This document shows positions 59,235 through 64,000 of a DNA stretch of 64,000 nt, one piece after another. The notes below the pieces were generated by a model. It was not told the DNA's origin. It saw nothing but the letters and a program-made list of their open reading frames with translations, and made no database searches. A program made the position numbers and the translations under genes. Position 1 is the stretch's first letter; every line of letters begins with the position of its first letter. The stretch covers positions 7,136-71,135 of the forward strand of contig JBNJDV010000002.1 in the NCBI GenBank assembly GCA_051745185.1, read 5' to 3'. This stretch comes from Bacillota bacterium. Lineage in GTDB: Bacteria > Bacillota > Halanaerobiia > Halanaerobiales > M55B127.

Positions 59235-60209
59235 CTATTCTGATAGAAAATCAATCTCGGGAATTCTATCCAAAAAATCTAATATTAATTTAGGTCTATC
59301 AGTTATATAACCACTGGAATTTAAGTGAGCCATAATTCTAAACTGCCAACCATTATTTATTACATAGGGAAACACAAATATATCCCTTTCATGAGCCATT
59401 GCTATATTCCACGGCCAGCTTATGAAACCCTTTACTCCTATACCATTAGCAGTGCCTTCAGCCAAATCAAGCCATCTTTTCCAACTTCTTCTGCTCATTC
59501 TATTATTAGTTAATAAAAATAGTCTAGGTATATTTGGTGCATTATTTTTGAACTCCTTTAAAATATCAAGATCAGTTGAAAATATTATTACATCAGAATA
59601 ATATGTTTTATTACTTGTGCTTTCAACTGATTCATACCAATCATTTTTTATCAATAATTCAATTATATCCTCTGTTAATCCAGGATAACTATTAGTATCT
59701 TTTAAATCTAAGACAATTCCTGGATTTTTTTCATGACTATCTATTATATCCAGTAAACTTTTGAGAGTTACAATATTTAAATTCTTGTAATTATCATTAG
59801 CTCTTTTTGGATACCTACTATTAAACCAAGAACCAAAGTCTAATTTTAATAATTCTTCATAAGTAAATGTATTTATATGGTCATTTTGTCTATCAGGATA
59901 TATTTTTTCTATATTTGATGTCCTTTTTAAATTATTATCATGTAATGCTACTAATATATTATCTTTTGTCCTATGAATATCCACTTCAAGATAATCTGCT
60001 CCTAGATCAATTGCCTTTAAAAAGGCTGGTTTTGTTAACTCAGGTGCTATAAAGGATGCACCTCTATGTGCAATTACAGCAGGATATTTTATATCATAAT
60101 TATTTAAAATGTCTTTCCCTTTATTTGAAGGTCTAATAAGATAATATCCACCGTAAAACACAAAAAATATAATTAGTACTATTAATAATATTATTAGAGC
60201 TAAACGCAC
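59235..60209 (-). CDS. Membrane-anchored glycerophosphodiester phosphodiesterase (GDPD family)
   Basis: N-terminal TM segment (LALIILLIVLIIFFVFYGG), then VIAHRGAS...YLEVDIHRTKDNILVALHD, the GDPD catalytic signature. Confidence 0.82.
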   Translation of the reverse strand: MRLALIILLIVLIIFFVFYGGYYLIRPSNKGKDILNNYDIKYPAVIAHRGASFIAPELTKPAFLKAIDLGADYLEVDIHRTKDNILVALHDNNLKRTSNIEKIYPDRQNDHINTFTYEELLKLDFGSWFNSRYPKRANDNYKNLNIVTLKSLLDIIDSHEKNPGIVLDLKDTNSYPGLTEDIIELLIKNDWYESVESTSNKTYYSDVIIFSTDLDILKEFKNNAPNIPRLFLLTNNRMSRRSWKRWLDLAEGTANGIGVKGFISWPWNIAMAHERDIFVFPYVINNGWQFRIMAHLNSSGYITDRPKLILDFLDRIPEIDFLSE

Positions 60210-60244
60210 GATATTTGCACTCCTATTTTTAAAATCAATTTTTA

Positions 60245-62086
60245 TTAATCAATCCTTCTTTTTAAGATTATTCCCTTCATATACTCAATTAAATTGTTAA
60301 TTTCATCTCTGTTATCTATCTTTATATTTTTATCTCCCGCTTCTTCAGAATACCCTATTTTGTTTATTTCTTCGTTTTGCCTAGAAAAAAGTTGTCCTTC
60401 AAATAATATCAAAGGAATTTCATGTAAAAATAAAATTGGATTATCTTTTTCGTTGAGTAAAGATTTACCAAGAAATTCTTCTGGACTTTTCTTTTTTCCT
60501 ATAATATCTAAAATTGTTGGTGCAAGATCAGTAGTTGTTCCTTCTTTATTTGAGATTTCATTATCAAGTTTTGGATGTTTAATAAAAAGTGGAATATTTT
60601 CAGGAATTTTAATATTAATATCAGAATTATATTTTTTATCTGATTGATATTCTTTTTTAGTAATTCCAGCATTATGATCAGAATATATTATAATGAGTGT
60701 GTTTTCATCTAAACCTGAAGCTTCTATTTTATTAAAGAAATTTTCAATAGACTTATCTACAAATGTAATAGAATTAAAATAATCTCTTACTAAAGGATTA
60801 TTAATATCATTATATTCTTTTATTCTTTCTTCAGATGGATAAGTATCAAAAGGTGTATGGCTAGTTAAGGTAATTAAAAAAGCAAAAAAAGGTTTTTCTG
60901 CTTTCTTTAAATAATCAAAGGACTGTAAAAAGAAATCATAATCATTTAGACCAAAAACAGATTCTTGCATTTCATACACTCTATTATCAAAAGAAAAATC
61001 TGCTTTACTATAAAATTTATCAAAACCTAACTCAGGAAAAGCCTTATACCTATGGAAAAATTCTTTGTCATTCCCATGAAAAGCCATGGTTTCATATCCT
61101 TCATTATTTAGTTGTCTTACTAATGAATCAAATTCTGAAAGGTCATTAACTTTAAAACCATAATTTTTGTTTATTGGATAAATAGAAGTTAAAAATGAAA
61201 ATTCGGCATCAAAACTCCCATTTATATGTTGTGCATAAAAATTATCAAAAAAAAGTGATTCATTTTTTAGTTCATTTAGAAATGGAGTAACTTCTTTTCC
61301 ATTGTGTTCATAATTAATTATTTTATTATCTAGAGACTCTACCTGAATAACAATAATATTTTGATTTTTATTTATAACACTTTCTCCAACTAATTCTTCC
61401 TCTGGAGGAGGAGCAAGTTCATTGTTTACAATTTTTTCTTGATCAAAAACATAATTTACATAAAATTCATATAGATATAAAGGTAGTAATCCATAAACAT
61501 TTACAAATAACGATGTATCTTCATTATACAATTCTAGTGGCTTCTTTTCTCCTAAAAAATTATTATATATAAAAAATTGCGAGAACAAAATTAATACTAT
61601 GAAAAATAAGACCAAAACAGTATCTTTAATATTCAAATTAATATATAAACTTTTAAGATTAATAGTTTGTTTTTCCTTTGTTCTATAAAAAGCTAAAATA
61701 ACTATATCTACAATAAATAATAGATCTATAATTTTAAATAACTGCAGTAATAATACCTTAAAGGGTCTAAATCCTTGACCCATCATCATATCGCTTAAAC
61801 TTAAATAATTTCCAAAATATCTATTATACCAAATATTAAAAAGAAAAAATAATGTAAAAATAAACATAAACCAAAATATAAATTCTCTTCCTTTTTTATT
61901 TTTTGCTAAAGGAAATATGAAAAATATAATAAAAAGTAAAATTATTACATTCTTTGACAGTAATAATAATAAATTTGGAGTATTAAATACTTTTATAAAT
62001 AAAAAATTATATTTAAAAAGAAATCCCAATAAAAACACTATTGAATAATACTTTTGTTTTTTCGTATAACCATCAAATAACTTCAT
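60245..62086 (-). CDS. LtaS/MdoB-like sulfatase-fold phosphoglycerol transferase family membrane protein
   Basis: 613 aa with about 5 N-terminal TM segments, then an extracytoplasmic alkaline-phosphatase-superfamily domain (IVIQVESLD, NGSFDAEFSFLTS, YSDHN). Confidence 0.75.
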   Translation of the reverse strand: MKLFDGYTKKQKYYSIVFLLGFLFKYNFLFIKVFNTPNLLLLLSKNVIILLFIIFFIFPLAKNKKGREFIFWFMFIFTLFFLFNIWYNRYFGNYLSLSDMMMGQGFRPFKVLLLQLFKIIDLLFIVDIVILAFYRTKEKQTINLKSLYINLNIKDTVLVLFFIVLILFSQFFIYNNFLGEKKPLELYNEDTSLFVNVYGLLPLYLYEFYVNYVFDQEKIVNNELAPPPEEELVGESVINKNQNIIVIQVESLDNKIINYEHNGKEVTPFLNELKNESLFFDNFYAQHINGSFDAEFSFLTSIYPINKNYGFKVNDLSEFDSLVRQLNNEGYETMAFHGNDKEFFHRYKAFPELGFDKFYSKADFSFDNRVYEMQESVFGLNDYDFFLQSFDYLKKAEKPFFAFLITLTSHTPFDTYPSEERIKEYNDINNPLVRDYFNSITFVDKSIENFFNKIEASGLDENTLIIIYSDHNAGITKKEYQSDKKYNSDINIKIPENIPLFIKHPKLDNEISNKEGTTTDLAPTILDIIGKKKSPEEFLGKSLLNEKDNPILFLHEIPLILFEGQLFSRQNEEINKIGYSEEAGDKNIKIDNRDEINNLIEYMKGIILKRRID

Positions 62087-62126
62087 CTAGTACCTCCATT
62101 TGAACAGTTCAAACAGCTTTTATTAT

Positions 62127-63290
62127 TTAATCTAATAGGTCTCTAGCCCTTTTTATACTTTTATTACCGAACTTATCTTTTATTCTATCGATAGCCTTAT
62201 TATAATCATCTTTTGTTTTGTTAGACTCAAATAGGGATAACTGTTGTTTTTGCTTATATTTTAAACCAGCTATTCCTACTCCAATTAATCTAATAGGCCT
62301 TTTAATATTAATTTTGTTTAATAGCTTTTGACTATAACTATATAAATCATCTGTACTATCTATATAATTTGTTATGGTAATTCTTCGGGTTACAACATTA
62401 AACTTATTATCTTTTACTTTAATAAAAATTGTATTTCCAACTAGATTCTTTTTTCTGATTCTTCTTGTAACTTTCTGGGATAGTTTTAGTAGATATTTAA
62501 GAATTAAATCCATATCTATAATATCTTCACTAAATGTAGTTTCATTACTCACTGACTTTATTTCCTGAACTGTACTAACTTCCCTACTATCCTTACCTCG
62601 TATTAAATCATATAGTAATAATCCATGTTTGCCGAATAAATCCTTTAGTTCTTTTATTTTTAGCCTTTTAAGGTCTTTTATTTTATATATACCTATATCA
62701 TTTAACCTTTTTGCAGTTTTTTTTCCTACACCAGGTATTGTACTTATTGATAAATCATCTAAGACCTCTGCAATTTCTTTATCTTTAATAACACATAATC
62801 CATCTGGTTTTTCTAAGTCTGATGCTATTTTAGCCAGAAATTTATTGCTGGCTACTCCAACTGAACATATTAAACCCGTTTGATTTTTGACTTTTTCTTT
62901 TATCAACTTTGCTATTTGATAAGAGTCACCATATAGTCGATGACATCCTTTTATATCCAAATATGCTTCATCAATTGATACCTTTTCTATTTTTGGAGTG
63001 ATTTGTTTTAAAATCTCAAAAATTTGATTTGAAAGTTCACTATATCTTTTTCCTCTTCCCGGTAAATATATACCATAAGGACACAATTTCTTAGCTTGAG
63101 CAATTGGCATAGCAGAATGGATACCAAACTTTCTTGCTTCATAAGAAGCTGTTGAAACAACCCCCCTGTTATCCAAACTGATCCCCCCAATTATAACTGG
63201 TTTCCCTTTCAGTTTTGGATTATCAAGCTGTTCAACAGCTGCAAAAAAAGCATCCATATCAACATGAATTATATTTAAATTAGAATTCAT
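62127..63290 (-). CDS. dinB: DNA polymerase IV (Y-family)
   Basis: IIHVDMDAFFAAVEQ, SIDEAYLD and the GVGKKTAKRL helix-hairpin-helix. Confidence 0.93.
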   Translation of the reverse strand: MNSNLNIIHVDMDAFFAAVEQLDNPKLKGKPVIIGGISLDNRGVVSTASYEARKFGIHSAMPIAQAKKLCPYGIYLPGRGKRYSELSNQIFEILKQITPKIEKVSIDEAYLDIKGCHRLYGDSYQIAKLIKEKVKNQTGLICSVGVASNKFLAKIASDLEKPDGLCVIKDKEIAEVLDDLSISTIPGVGKKTAKRLNDIGIYKIKDLKRLKIKELKDLFGKHGLLLYDLIRGKDSREVSTVQEIKSVSNETTFSEDIIDMDLILKYLLKLSQKVTRRIRKKNLVGNTIFIKVKDNKFNVVTRRITITNYIDSTDDLYSYSQKLLNKINIKRPIRLIGVGIAGLKYKQKQQLSLFESNKTKDDYNKAIDRIKDKFGNKSIKRARDLLD

Positions 63291-63305
63291 TTTAACAACC
63301 TTCTT

Positions 63306-64000
63306 TTAAGATAAAGAAATCTCAACTAATTTATCTATTAGTTTACTATAACTTAAACCACTTGCCTCCCAAAGTTTGGGATACATACTATACTTAGTAA
63401 AACCTGGTATTGTATTAATTTCATTAATATATACAATATTATCTTTTGTCACAAAAAAATCTACTCTTGCTAATCCTTCACCTTCAATAATTTCAAAAGC
63501 TTTTATAGAAATACTTTTTATTTCTTCAATTAGAACATCATCTAAATCTGCCGGAATAACTAATTTCGTTTTTTTATCTTCATACTTTGATTGATAATCA
63601 TAAAAATCATGAGCTGGTATTATTTCTCCAGGTAATGAAGCAATTATTTTGTCTTTACCTAATACAGAACATTCAATTTCTCTTGCATTAATATGTTCTT
63701 CAATAACAGCCTTACTATCATATTTAAATGCTTCATCGATAGCTTCATCTAAATCTTTTATATTATACACTTTAGAAATTCCTATACTCGATCCCAAATT
63801 TGCTGGTTTAACAAACAAGGGAAAAGTTATTTTATCTAAAAATTGTTCTAACTTTATCTTGTAATCATTCTTCTTTTTGACTGTTATAAATTCAGTTTGT
63901 TTTAAATTGTTATAATCAAAAAGTTTTTTCATGATTCCTTTATCCATACCTACTGCACTGCTTAATACACCTGCACCAATATATGGTATTTCAAGTAGTT
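63306..64000 (-). CDS. ddl: D-alanine--D-alanine ligase; C-terminal ~230 codons, the N-terminus runs off the right edge
   Basis: The reverse frame stays open to the window edge (LLEIPYIGAGVLSSAVGMDKGIMKKLF...). ATP-grasp C-terminal motif RVDFFV..IYINEINTIPGFT. Confidence 0.9.
   Translation of the reverse strand, partial: LLEIPYIGAGVLSSAVGMDKGIMKKLFDYNNLKQTEFITVKKKNDYKIKLEQFLDKITFPLFVKPANLGSSIGISKVYNIKDLDEAIDEAFKYDSKAVIEEHINAREIECSVLGKDKIIASLPGEIIPAHDFYDYQSKYEDKKTKLVIPADLDDVLIEEIKSISIKAFEIIEGEGLARVDFFVTKDNIVYINEINTIPGFTKYSMYPKLWEASGLSYSKLIDKLVEISLS

Noticed and set aside
62099-62113. Reading the TTTGAACAGTTCAAA palindrome as a LexA/Cheo SOS box for dinB.
   Set aside because: The half-site spacing is 1 nt rather than 4. 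It also lies downstream of dinB, not upstream. It is kept only as an unexplained palindrome.
63008-63190. 60-aa minus-strand ORF inside dinB in another frame.
   Set aside because: It is fully nested in the well-supported dinB reading frame, with no RBS and no recognisable sequence features.
1-64000. Searched by eye for CRISPR arrays, tRNA/rRNA genes, transposases, integrases, phage genes, toxin-antitoxin pairs and known defence-system domains.
   Set aside because: None found. All ORFs of 60 aa or more that are not shadow ORFs have housekeeping or envelope assignments. There are no regularly spaced repeats and no cloverleaf-like GC-rich segments outside the T-box and the terminators.

Overview
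AT-rich (roughly 30% GC by eye) Firmicutes-type core chromosome with about 57 protein genes. All but four (rpmB, rqcH, a patatin gene, a MATE pump) are on the minus strand. Three blocks match Bacillus subtilis gene order. (1) The ylo region: recG, degV, fakA(yloV), asp23(yloU), rpmB, thiN, rpe, rsgA, prkC, prpC, rlmN, fmt, def, priA, coaBC, gmk, remA, rqcH. (2) The ylm block: ylmD, ylmE, ylmG, ylmH, divIVA, then ileS with a T-box leader. (3) A complete dcw cluster: mraZ, rsmH, ftsL, pbp, murE, murF, mraY, murD, ftsW, murG, murC, ftsQ, ftsA, ftsZ. I saw no rRNA, tRNA, CRISPR, transposase, integrase or recognisable defence system. The interest lies in where the conserved order is broken. First, a secreted patatin lipase is fused to a putative outer-membrane beta-barrel with a textbook C-terminal beta-signal. 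This looks like a type Vd autotransporter and suggests the host is a diderm Firmicute, possibly Halanaerobiales-like given AT-rich DNA and acidic proteins (low confidence). Second, an orphan membrane-fusion-protein-like gene sits where sepF normally lies. Third, four phased GTGG-type direct repeats at exact 10-bp spacing lie upstream of mraZ, with a distal copy. Fourth, there is an EF-G2-type paralog with Tyr replacing the switch II His. Fifth, a membrane GDPD plus LtaS-family pair lies just upstream of the dcw cluster. All calls rest on reading the supplied translations and the DNA. No database search, HMM or structure prediction was possible.
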